From assembly GCF_002105155.1 (NCBI RefSeq), contig NW_019028995.1, forward strand, positions 496,001 to 560,000: a DNA stretch of 64,000 nucleotides. Direction: 5' to 3'. Positions within the stretch are counted from its first letter, which is position 1, and every line of letters begins with the position of its first letter. Below are positions 21,153 to 33,578 of the stretch, piece by piece. Both the position numbers and the translations under genes were made by a program. Below the pieces are notes generated by a model, which made no database searches, had not been told where the DNA came from, and saw only the letters and a list, made by a program, of their open reading frames with translations. The DNA is from Lobosporangium transversale (lineage: Eukaryota).

Positions 21153-23489
21153 ATGTGGGTGCGCAAATCAAGAGGGGAGACCCTATTAGGGGATGAAGAA
21201 CGCGAAGAACTGATGATGACTCGGAGAGGGTCGCCTTCACCCGCCCCAGAGGACTGTACACCACTTCATGCTTCGTTGGCCATGGACGAAAAAGACGCTA
21301 CTACTACTACTTTACCCATGTCAACCAAGGACAGCTGGAATTTTTTATTATTAGTGGTATTATGTAAAGGATAACATAGTCAGGTCTTTTCTCTCTCTTG
21401 TTATGATTATCCTGTTCTAGCATATAATGAGCTACCATCGCATCAAGTAAGACAGCTAAAGTCATCGGTGTTTATTGCTGCTATTGCTATTATTTCGAGT
21501 AGATCTTTTACAGGGTGTACCAGTAGGATTGGCCTTTGGCAGCGTCCCATTCTTGCTCAAGGCTAAGATTAGTTACTCGCAGATTGGGGTTTTTTCCCTC
21601 GCACATTACCCTTACAGCATGAAATTCCTCTGGTCTCCGATTGTCGACGCAGTTTATAGCAAGGAGCTAGGCCGGCGCAAATCATGGATTGTTCCTATTC
21701 AATTGTTGACAGGGTTTATGTTTTTTTGGTTGGGGACCAACATTGATGAGTGGCTAGAACAGGATCAAATTGCAATAGGCACACTTACCGCAGTGTTCTT
21801 TGTTCTGATATTTTTCTCCGCCACTCAGGATATTGCTGTAGATGGATGGGCATTAACGTTATTATCCAAGAACAATGTGTCATATGCGTCGACCGCTCAA
21901 ACGATTGGTCTTAATTCGGGCTACTTTTTGTCCTTCACTGTTTTTCTGGCATTCAATTCTCCCGAATTCAGTAACAAGTATTTTCGATCGGAACCTCAAG
22001 ATGTTGGCTTGGTACCTCTTGGCGGATATCTCAAATTCTGGTCTATGATGTATTTTACGATCACGCTATGGCTTATCTTTTTAAAAAAGGAGGAGCGTCC
22101 CCAGACAGATCAGAATGAATTTAGTATCAAATCGGTGTACAAGGTTATCCTCAGGATTATTCAACTACCCCATATGAAATCATATATGATTATTCTACTA
22201 ACCGCAAAGATTGGGTTCATCGCAAATGGAGCGGTAACAGCCTTAAAATTACTGGAAAGGGGATTTGGCAAAGAGGATTTGGCATTGGCCGTGCTTATCG
22301 ACTTTCCATTCCAAATTATCTTTGGTTACTACGCTGTGAGGTGGAGTTCAGGATCACGGCCACTTAGACCGGTATAGGTTTTTTGTTTGTAGATTAATAA
22401 CTTGAGAAACCCAATGTGTCTCCTAAGCAAGAGGCTCTTGCTGATCGTATTTGATCCGATGGCGTTCATTTTTAGTGGCTATGGGCATACTGCGCACACT
22501 TGGTCTGTTGTGTTATCGCCATGTTGATTGTTTCTTCTTTTCCTGAGGATGGGATTGTCACACCTGCTTATTTTTACATTGTCCTTGCCACAACTGTAAC
22601 AACGTCCTTTACAAGGTAAAAAGATGGAGATGTTTTAGACAGCAAACTTAGCAGGCAATTGAGCACATACTTACAATGCTACTTTGCTCTTCATGCATTA
22701 CTTACTAAAAACTATTTCTTGTGTTGATTTTGAAAGCACGGTGGCATTTGTAAGCATGGGGGCATTTATGACAGTCATCGCAGATCCTGTGATCGGGGGA
22801 ACCTATATGACGGTAAGAAGCAGCGACAATATTTTATCTTCTGATTATTGTCTGTTGTAGTAGTATCTCATTATATAAATAATCCACAATCTTAAATCAT
22901 GTATTTACTCTTTCGCCATATTGCTACCTTTGTCATTATTATAAATGTTATTGCAATATACTTGAAAATTTGATCATAAAAGCTTCTTAACACTCTAAGC
23001 AATTTCGGTGGAACTTGGCCTCGGTTCTTTGTTCTTGAGGCTGTTGACTACTTCACGGTATCAAGATGCTCTGTTATGAACGCTGAAGGCGAAGGTAAAG
23101 TGTTAGTCAAAAAGCCATTTCCGTCTTATCAATATAACATTTATTAATGTCTGAAAGTATTCACTCCCATCTTTATGTGTTTTGAGCAGAATTCTCTTGT
23201 GCTTCTGAACCTGGTAAAGGGCTGTGTCAGCAGCTTGGAGGCAATTGCCTGATCGAGCAAGATGGCTATTACTTCGTGAGCACGGTCTGCGTAATGACTG
23301 GCGCTATACTACTTGTGCTTTACATTGCACCAACAATTCGTTATTTGGAATGTAAGTAGGAAACATTTTTTAACATATCAATTACTCTTTTTAATATTCT
23401 TAAAAAGAACAAATCTAACTTCCTTTTTCTGTTTTGATACTCTAGCCTTGAATCCTAAACTTTGGAAGTTACCAAAAGAAGAAAACTAG
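21153..23489 (+). CDS. Acetyl-CoA transporter 1 (SLC33A1/ACATN, MFS), multi-exon
   Basis: LLQGVPVGLAFGSVPFLL, YPYSMKFLWSPIVDAVY, GRRKSWIVP, ATQDIAVDGWALTLL, DPVIGGTYMT|LLNTLSNFGGTWP motifs. Confidence 0.92.
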
Positions 23490-23771
23490 AGCTCTCTTTT
23501 ACACAATAAAAAGATGTGAGCACCAATCACTACATCCAGAATCTTAGGTCAAAAAAAAAAAATATATGCAGGGATGTGTAGGCACGTGACTAAAAGCTCC
23601 ACAAGCACAAGAAAAGCCCACGGGACATGCATTGTAAGCATGTTATGTGTGCATTCCTCTCAGTTCTCATCTTTCATCCTTTCATCACATCTGAACAAGG
23701 CTACTCTATTCAAGGGCTCTTATTCCACTTCGCCAGGGAAATAAAACAGGAAAACATAATATTTATACAAC

Positions 23772-24713
23772 ATGGGACAAGGTGTATCACAGCCCCTGGA
23801 GGAGATGGTTAGGGACTCGAACTGTAAGTCTCATGTACAGGTTCATTGATTGAGAGGGAAAAAAAAGAAAGAAAGTGCGGTGTTGTGGAGGCGGAGGCGC
23901 TTCAGATTCATTCGACACTGAAGGCTATGCCCAGAATCAAACTCTTTACTATGAATAATACAGGTTCATATCGAATGAGTATCCACAGAACGACTATTTT
24001 AATGCTTCACCAATATCTTACGCCTTTCCGTACTGATGTAAAAGTAGCAAACACTTATTTCTTTTTCTTTCTTTCTTTTTTTCTTTTTTTTTTGTTACAT
24101 TAGTTACGGCAGAGGAGATCCAACGTTTGTATAAGCGCTTTATGAAACTAGACAAGGATGGGTCAGGATCTATTGATAAGGAAGAGTTTTTGGCGATTCC
24201 TCAGATTGCGACCAATCCTCTTGCCTCACGTTTGATCGCTATCATGGATGAGGACGGTGGCGGCGATGTTGATTTTAAAGAGTTTATTGCTGGATTGAGT
24301 GCCTTTAGCAGTCGAGGCAACAAGATCGAGAAATTGCGGTGTAAGATGATATTCATTTTTTTTCCTTTTTGCATTTGATTTTCTTTTCTCGTATGGAATT
24401 GAAAGACATTTGATGTGAGCTATTTTTAACTCTTTTTTTTTCTTTTCTTTTTTTTAATGTGTATATACATGTAATAGTTGCATTCAAGGTTTATGACATG
24501 GACAGAGATGGATTCATTTCGAACGGTGAGCTCTTTCTAGTCCTCAAGATGATGGTCGGAACTAATCTTCAAGATAACCAACTACAGCAAATTGTGGACA
24601 AGACCATCATGGAGGCGGACAAAGACATGGATGGCAAGATTTCCTTTGAGGAGTTTTGTGGCGCTGTGGAGAACACTGACATTGCTAATCAGATGACTCT
24701 AGAGAGTTTCTAA
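23772..24713 (+). CDS. CNB1: Calcineurin regulatory subunit B (3 exons)
   Basis: MGQGVSQ myristoylation start; four EF-hands ([48 protein letters not shown]). Confidence 0.96.
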
Positions 24714-25014
24714 AAGTATGTATAAATTTCTATCTAGAAAGATAAATAACAACAATAACAACAGCGGCAAAAATGAAATACGTTTATACAGACGTTTTTT
24801 ATAAGTGTCGAGATGTCTACGATTTTTTTAAAAACTCTTAAAGCATAAAAATTAATAGAGCTTGATTATTATGGGCCAGGTTCAATCTACTCTTAAATGG
24901 CAATCACCAATACGAATGCCACTTCCTGCCATGTGTATAAATGGACTTAATGCTCCAAAGTGTCTTTATTATCAATAGTCTATGTCTTGTTCATTTTTCT
25001 TTGTAATATCAGGT

Positions 25015-28000
25015 TTAAGCATGTCTAGTTCCCCTATCTCTACGTTCTTTTTCTTTCGCGATTGCTATTAAGGCATCAAACTCAGATGAACGCTCACACA
25101 TGGCTCGGAACAAGCTATCTTCCCGAGTCATCAATGTGAATGGTCTATCAAATTCTACGAGTTCGCCTGCATCCATCACTAGGACTCGGTCAAAATCTGC
25201 AATGGTTCGTATACGGTGCGCGATCGTGATAATTGTCGCACCTACCATCTCTTGTCGAATTGTAGTCTGGATCTTGAGATCTGTCTCAAAATCCACACTA
25301 GCTGTGGCTTCATCCATTACAATGACCTTGGACTGGCGGACCAACGCACGAGCTAGTGCGATCATCTGGCGCTGACCTTGAGAGAAATTTGATCCGTTTT
25401 CTTTTACTGGCGTATCAAGTGTAATCTTGAATGGATCCACGGTTTCAGATCCTCCAGTGTTGCTACCCTTAATCGAGCTAACTGACAACTTGTTCTTACT
25501 GGATGATCCAATTGCGGCTTCATTGTAGGACGAGGGTGCGGCAGAGGCGATAATAGCAGTAGTAGTAGGTATCATTTCAAGGCTATTGCGTTTGCTGGGT
25601 AAGGCAGATGACGGCTTGCTCTCTGGAATCAGATGGCTACGCCTTAATGCCTCCCACAACTCACGATCCTCATGTTCACCAAATGGATCCAAGTTGGAAC
25701 GAAGTGTACCCTTGAAGAGAATTGGGTCTTGAGGAATGATGGTGAGATTGGAACGCAGGTCGTGAAGACCAATCTTGCAGATATCAATGCCGTCGATGTT
25801 GATCGTACCTTTGACGGGGTCCATGAAACGGAACAAACTGATGGCCAAGGTTGATTTGCCAGACCCAGTGCGACCAACTACACCAACTTTCTCGCCTGCA
25901 TTGATAGTAAATGAAACATCCTTGAGTACGTCGGGTGCTTCTGGTGCATATCGCATGGTCAAATGACTGACTACAATTTCACCTGCATGAGGCCAGGATG
26001 GAGGTGGACGTGACCCTTCAATGATTGCTGGAGGCTCTTCCTCCAAGTCCATGTACTCAACAACGCGCTCAACAGAGTTCAAGTTCATCTCGCTCATGGC
26101 ATAGATACGAATAACCCAAACGATTGTGCCTGTAAACATTAAGGAGTATGTCATACTTAATGCAGCCCAACCAGGCTCAATCTGGCCCCAATTCTGGAGA
26201 ACCAATATCCCAGTGATGAATGCAACCGATGCGCCTGCAATATCCACCCGCCAGTGCAGCCAGCGGTTTGTAACCCACAGTAGGAGGAACGTACGGTTGT
26301 TATTATCTAAATTGACCAAGTTAGTGGATAAGAACCGCTTCTCAAAACCATAGGCGCGTATTGTAGCCAGCCCTGTCAGCGTTTCGTTGAAATGGTTGAG
26401 GATCGGTGATTTGGAGTTGGAGTTCAAGCGTTTGAGATCTCTGCTGATACCGATATAGTATATTCCAATGAGCAGATAGATTGCAATGATAAATATTCCT
26501 GCCACTAAGAAAAGGGGCATATTGAATGAAATGATGAAAATGATACCAACAATCGTGACAAAGCATGAGAACAGTCCCTGGAGGTTATTACTGACTTCGT
26601 CGTCAATGGTTGACATGTCTGAACTAAACCGGTTGATGATCCGACCAATAGGAGTGGTGTCGAAGAAACGAACCTTGGCACGTGTGATCTTGCGGAGGAG
26701 CTGCTGGTGAAGCGTTCGTGATGCGGTGAGGCCTCCCATGGCAACATAATATCCGATCATGGCACCAAAGACTATCCCAGTTAAGCTCAATAAAACATAG
26801 ATACCAAGGTAATAGTCCATATTGATAGTCTCAGGAGTGCCTTGACCGAAAAGCCTCATGGTGAGAGTGCCATACTTCTTGTTGTCGTCCATAGGAGAAA
26901 AGGCGGTATAGACGGAGAGGGCAATCACACTTGGTGTAAAAGTCTGGAAAGCCTTTATAACAAATCCTTTATAACAAATGAGCCAGTTGTCTCTGCCATT
27001 TTGTTGGCCCAGTTAGCGAGCCATGAATTTTGGCCAATATCTATAAACTGGCGGGCAAAGAACATGAGGACAAGGCTCGCCCAGAAAATCATGCCTCCCG
27101 AGGCAATAAAATATATTTTGTAGACCTTCCATGCCACAGCGCCCTCAGCTTTTTTCTCATCTTCCGTAAGCCTGATACTAATCTTTTCCTTTCCTCCCTT
27201 CTTCTTGTCCTTGCCTTTGTCTTCACCATCCAGCGTGCTAATTTCACTGTTTGCATCGGAAGCAGGCACAGCAAGCGCAACAGTGTCGATCCACTTATTA
27301 CGAACAGCCTCCTCAGGCGCACCGGAGCCTACGATCTCGCCCTTATTTAGTACAATAACAAGGCTGGCGGCGCTGAGAGTCAATTGAACCTGATGTGTGG
27401 CCATGATGACAGTGCGACCTTCCAACAGAGGTCCAGTTAAGGTTTGGAACAAATACTTGCCTGTGTGGCTGTCAACTGCAGAGAGACAATCGTCAAGAAG
27501 GAGGACACTGGCATCCGAATAGATTGCGCGAGCAAGAGCGACACGCTGTTTCTGACCTCCTGAAAGCGTAATACCCTGCTCTCCAATCTCAGTCTTATCA
27601 CCCGCTTCCAAAATCTCAACATCAGTAACAAGTGCACAACCTTCGATCACAGCGTCGTATCGCTCTTGATCAAATTCCTTGCCGAAGAGAATGTTATCAC
27701 GAATTGTCGAGTTTTGGAGCCAAGCAGTTTGAGAAACATAAGCAATGCCAGAACCGTGCTCGTTATCCTTGTTATAGTCCAAACGAGGTAGGTACATGCT
27801 TCCTTCCAAGCGTTCCAATTCCCCAAGAAGAGCAAGGAGCAATGCTGACTTGCCGCTGCCGGTCGGGCCAACAACCAGCGATAGTTGACCAACAGGGAAC
27901 GCCACAGAGAGGTTCTTGAGCTTGAATCGCTCTTGGACAATTTGTGGTTCTGCGACTGGTTCAGTTACTGGTTGGGACCTCTTTGAAACTACATTCTTGA

Positions 28001-30355
28001 CTTTTTGGAACCAATTCTTTTTCTCAAACTTTTTGTTCTCAATTTGGGCATTCTCCTTGCTAGGCCAAATATACGAGGCATTGACGAATCCGATAGTGGG
28101 ATGAGATGGTGTAATGTGGGCTTTAGGGCCCAATTTGGTGACGGTAATATCCCTCACAAGCTCTTCTTCTGAAAGGAATTTGTTGATGCGATCCAAACTG
28201 ACCAATGCCTGCATCATAGACTTGATAGTCCATGGCAGAGTATTGAGGGAAGTGCGCATAATGTTGAATAGAGCCAAGGTCGTAAACATTGCAGACGCTG
28301 TAATCTCGTTGCCAAACAGTTTTATGTAGGCTGTCAAGACCACCACAATATTTAAAAGCGACATGATCATCCATACAATGTCGGTGAGGATAACCTTTTT
28401 GTACGAGTCCTTGGTGCGTTTGAGCTCTTTTTCTCGAGCACTGATGATCTTCTCCTCAAATTTGGCTTCCCAGCTAAAGAACTTGACGATACGGATGGCG
28501 GACAACATCTCATTCAAGGCATCCATACGTTCATCCTTAGTGTCCATAATGTCTTTGAAAATCTTCATGATCATAGCATAAAGCTTAGCAGGAATGGGAT
28601 ACGAGATAATCATGAATACAATGCCGACCAGAGCAGCATTTCCGAGGAGATTATAGAGTTGAAATCCTGCAATGATGAACTGGATGGGGAAACCGTATAT
28701 GTAGAAGACGTAGCCGAAAGGATATTCAAGCTTCCTGATATCAACAGCAACCAAGTCTGTTAATATATTATAGAGAGACGTGTAGAAAGAAGGCATAGAA
28801 TGAGTTCTGGTACCCAGTTAGAATTTACGAGCCACATTCAAAAAAAAAAAAAAAAAAAAAAAAAAGCCTTACTGGAGATATTCAGACTACTTTCACTCTT
28901 GTCTTTTCCCTTGTTTTCACCACTGCCTTCACTTTTGTCAGATGTAGCAGATGAGGATATATCTTTGCGCCTTAGAGCCTTGGAAAATACTTCGGCATTA
29001 CAAATAGATGCTATATGAACAAAAAGACGCCTGCCTTTATGCAACGCAGCTTGCATAGTTAGCGATTCCGAGATCGAGGCAATCAAGAGACCAAAGACCC
29101 AACTATATTCGCTTGTCGTTGGGGGACCACAAGTTTTGCACTCGATATATTTGATAATCTTGTTCATGCAGTAAGGAGAGGCGTTGACGAGGAAGCACCA
29201 TGGAAGAGCCCAAAGGAACTGGATAAATAATTCCCAAGCAACCGAGCGCAAAAGTCTTTTTGTGAAAGTTTCCCCCCTTGATTTATTGGAGAAAAAAAAA
29301 AAAAAAAAAAAAGTGGTACATCATAGTTAGCTCAGCTCAGGTAATATTCTGCTTAGGTAGACCGTATCAACATGATCACAGACTCACTTTATCTTTTTGT
29401 ATTGATGAATCGAGAACCAAGAGAAATCGGTTTCTTCAAGGTTCGGAAGATCAATATCCTGAATAGGTCTTTTGAATCCGAGATAAATCAGGGGATTAAT
29501 CCAGGCGAACGTCAACTGCGAATAGATGGAGGACGAGTATTCTGGGGATTCGATCCTCGGAATTTCGCCAGGCTTCAACTTGGACGCAGGTACAAATGTT
29601 TGGAAGGGACGAGTGACCAGTGAGATCCAAATCAAGAGCAGATCTGTAAACCAATTAACGATATCAAGCTTCAACCATAGGGGCCACTCGGATAAAGGCA
29701 GCATGAAGATGTTGGCTGAGTAGAGGTGAATCGAGGCCAAAATCATTTGAAACAGATAGTAGAAATCAAGCTGAAATCGAATCAGGAATTGATGAGAGAC
29801 TGCAGGCTTGAGAACATGAACGAATACGAGTATAAGGGCGTATAACCAGGCCAAGACTTGGATTAGTTCGTTCAGGGAGCGCTGTTGGCCATCTTGGTCT
29901 GCAGCTTGGTCAATGTCGTGGGGTTCTAAGCTGATACCGTTTGAGGTGGTGTGCAAGAGCACAATGGAAAACAACATGAGGCCCAACTGAAAGAAGGTCA
30001 GGCCAAGACGAGCAAGATTGATGCTCAAGCCCGAATTACGCTGAGCATGATACTGAACTTGAATGTAATTTTCAACAATTGTAGATCCAAGAGACAGGTT
30101 CGCATCAGTCTGTCGAGAGCGAGCCTGAACAGCCTCCTCATGCTCTTCAATGGTATGGTCTCTCAAAGCCTCATATTGATCTAAATGGACAGGCTTCTTA
30201 GAAAGATAAAGTATGGCTAGTGCTGAAGCAGCAGAATAAACCAGCGAGAGCACTCTAGTGGCTAAGCACGTGCATGGACAGAAGGTTAGCAAGGCGAAAG
30301 AAGCAACCAAGACAGGTTCGCAATAAAGCAGAATGGCCACAGCAATGACAAGCAA
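25015..30355 (-). CDS. ABCC/MRP-family ABC transporter (Ybt1/Bpt1-like), multi-exon
   Basis: Two NBDs (GPTGSGKS/LSGGQKQR and GRTGSGKS/FSQGQRQM/DEATASVD), two TMDs and an N-terminal TMD0. Start uncertain; frame change near 26940. Confidence 0.92.
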
Positions 30356-31280
30356 ATGGTCTTTAAATTTATATCTACTCTGTTATTGAGGGGACCATCA
30401 TGGGAATTGGGAAGCCAATCCCTTGCTTATTTCTTTAATGGATAGGTTAGAAGGGCTAAGGGTGAATAAAGATGGATGGGAAGAAGGAGAGAAAGAGCAG
30501 AGAGATGGGAGTCAAGAGGCAAGAAAGGGAGGGTTGAAGAGCCAAATTTTCTCACTTTTCCTTTTATATTGGACTTTATTCGAATGTCAAATTTGATTGA
30601 CGGTGTACGCTCTTTCCCATCAAGCTTGCCTCAATGGCAAGAGTACAAACAAAAAAAGCATCTTGATGTTTACAACATATTATGTGTTGCATTTGTCTAT
30701 TCCTGGTGTAACCAGCGGAAATGTGTAGTATATAAATAAAAACTTTTGGTGGCACAGCCATTTTTTATTTTTATTTTTATTTTCTTTGCTGTGGCATACC
30801 ATTCGCGCACACAAGCACGCGTCATTTTTACTTTTCTCTCCTCTACAACCATACAGACGTCTTTTCGGTGTCCTCGATTGGTTCTTTGCGGTTTCTGGCA
30901 CAATGCTTTGTGGATGAATTTCCATATTTGACTAACAATTTGGTCAACTTTATTTTTTTTTTGGTATGAGCAGATGCATTTTGAAGCTTATTTTCAGTTC
31001 GGATAGTGCAAAGCCTATTGCACTTTTAATTTTCACACGGGTCCTGATATTAATTTTTTTTTTTTCTTTTTCGATTATCAAATATACCTACCACCCTTTT
31101 GTAATAAAGTTTTATTCCATAGTAATATATATATATATTTACTTTATCTGCGCAAAAAAAAAGTTTAGACACAACACTTCGCTAAATCTCAATGACTTTG
31201 TGCTTTTCGTATGCTCGTCCAGGACAACGTTCCACAAGATTGCAGTAATGATAATTTCTGCATAATAAAAAATGAGTGTA

Positions 31281-33481
31281 CAGATTTTAGTATTTCAGGA
31301 CTAGTATGACATACTAGTATTAGTACTAGAGTTGAGTACTAAAGTTGGAAAAATTTATTGATTTTAGTACTCCTGCGTACTAATGTTGGAGAATTTAGTA
31401 CTTCAGTGCGTGGCTGATTTTCTTGTCACTCTTTAGATGCATGTCACGGGAAAGATGTCTAGCAAACATACAAACCCCTTTCCACAATTGCAAAGTGTTC
31501 ACAAAACCTACCTGTTGTCGAATTCTTCACACATAAACAAATTGTATATACAAACTAACTGAGGACGGTATTAACCGAACTATTTATACTTGCTATAATG
31601 ATCAGAACCAAGTAAACGTCCGAACAGACCTATCCAAAAACGAGGGAGCTTGTCGCTCTCCTTCAAATATAAATGGTTTACTTAACAAAAATCTTATAAT
31701 TGAGAAGGACCAACAAAAAAGAGCAACAAGCTGCAAATAATACAAAAAACCACTTTTCTCTCCTGGTCTAAAATTAGAAATTAAGTTTGCCGCACAAAAC
31801 TAATGTAAAAAAATGGACTTACAAGACTTCGACAGCTAGATTATCGCAAATAGTAAAATAGGCTATTGCTGGATGTATATCGATTATAGAAAAAATGGAT
31901 GAGGTATCGGGGGATATAAGGCTTTGGTACTTACAAAGCAAGGATTTTTTGATCTTAATCCTTGAAGTATTTATGGAATTATTGCCGTTTAAAGGTTATA
32001 AAATGGTCGAAATGAGGTTCAATGTCAAGCCAAAGTGTCTGCCTTTCCCTCAAAAATACATCAAAGCGCTTTTCCACATAGTATATGATAGATACGTTAC
32101 ATAGCTTTGTATAGAGTCTTAGTTTTCCAAAATCCAAGCATTTTTCATAGACTTTACTTATAGCTGAAGAGAGAAATATATCATTTTTTAGGGATTTTTC
32201 GGTTTTATTCATTAAGGAACTTCGGATTCCTTTTATAAGAACACGTATGGTCCCTTAGTACATTATATTATGCACTACATATTCTTACTTTTTGGAAAGT
32301 TTGGTCAGTTTTGGAAATATTCTGATGGTTCTGCAATATTTTGTCTAAAAGCTAGACAATTTCCGTAGAAACCTTGACTTCAAGATGCCCTAGTTCTCAA
32401 ACTTTTGAATATAAACATTTTCAATTTTTACCCAAAAATACAATTTCCTGTTTTGAAAGATATATTTTCGGCTGCTTTATCGACTCTAGAAGTTTCAACA
32501 CGTTTGGGGCCGAAATGAGGGACTTTACTATAGAGTATCTGGTTCTATGGATCCTGAGAACGCGAATATGCGTATATGGAGCACTCAGGCACTTTGGGAG
32601 ATGAACCCCGTAAATGCATATTAGTATTATTTCCATCCCCGCCCCGAGCGCCCATTTTTTTTTTTGAGAGCACATAGAAGTGATACTAGACATTCATAAA
32701 CAAAGATGCAAGTGATACTAACACAAGAGTTGACATTCATGCAAGTGATACTAACCTAAAACTTACCCGCACAAACCCCATGGAAAGTGATACTAAGATC
32801 TTCTTTCCATGATACTAAAATGTGGCTCGCACAAATCCAATGCAAAATGAGGTTGAATATTTTATTGTCCTCTTTGAAAAGAGCAGAACTGAGGCGCCAC
32901 ATGTTGATGCCAGCCACGGAAGCTCTGAAGAGGATTCAATTGAGAGCCACGGAAGCTCTAAAGAAGATCCAAAGGTGGATTGTATTAAGCAGCCACAGAA
33001 AGCACAGCAAAACTATCCATTCAGTGTTCTCACCGACGTCGTTACCAATAAGGGAAGGTTGCCAACATGTGAGGGCTGCAATAGTCAGCTGGAGAGGCAA
33101 GCTAAAAGAATTGTAGTCAAGGTCCCAAGTAACATCAAGAAAGGGTGGTTTATTACAAGGTCCTACCACTTTCTTCAGACTTGCCTCACTAAGCTGCCTC
33201 AAGAGCAGTACTATGTGGCCATGCAGCAACTGGGAGTGCGGGCAACACGATCACAGCATCTGCAAAGAGTGGAACTATTGGAGAATAATAGTATTGCATA
33301 AAACAAGTAGTAGTATCACTACATATGATTTGTGCGGGCGTGTTTTTAGTATCAATGTATCTTTAATGTGAGTGCTTAGAATCAGTGCATGCTTGATTGA
33401 TTGTTTGTGGAAAAATGGCATTTTTGTTATTTTGGTACGCAGTACGAGTATGTGATACTGGTACTGAAATACTAAAATCAA
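31281..33481. mobile_element. TA-flanked TIR DNA element (~2.2 kb), degenerate, carrying a PARP-type Zn-finger ORF
   Basis: Left GATTTTAGTATTTCAGGACTAGTATGACATACTAGTA (31283) vs reverse complement of right end GATTTTAGTATTTCAGTACCAGTATCACATACTCGTA (to 33479); TA at 31279-80 and 33482-83. Confidence 0.7.
32822..33301 (+). CDS. ORF with PARP-type zinc-finger-like motif inside the TIR element
   Basis: KGRLPTCEGCNSQLE...RIVVK...SYHFLQTC (C-x2-C...H-x4-C); internal duplicated SHGSS(E/K)ED unit. Start uncertain. Confidence 0.5.
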   Translation: MARTNPMQNEVEYFIVLFEKSRTEAPHVDASHGSSEEDSIESHGSSKEDPKVDCIKQPQKAQQNYPFSVLTDVVTNKGRLPTCEGCNSQLERQAKRIVVKVPSNIKKGWFITRSYHFLQTCLTKLPQEQYYVAMQQLGVRATRSQHLQRVELLENNSIA

Positions 33482-33578
33482 TACGATCATAAAAAATAGA
33501 TGTCCACAATAACTTGAGTACAATAACCATTTTCATTTATTTTTTAATCTTTTTAATATGAAATCTTAGGCCTTTTAT

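Noticed and set aside
25100..30184. Numerous short plus-strand ORFs
   Set aside because: Antisense shadows of the ABC transporter; the same applies to shadows over the PPR, Bud14-like and peptidase genes.
32678..32820. AAGTGATACTA repeats with unique spacers, superficially CRISPR-like
   Set aside because: Repeats are only 11 bp, irregularly spaced, inside a eukaryotic TIR element, with no cas genes.
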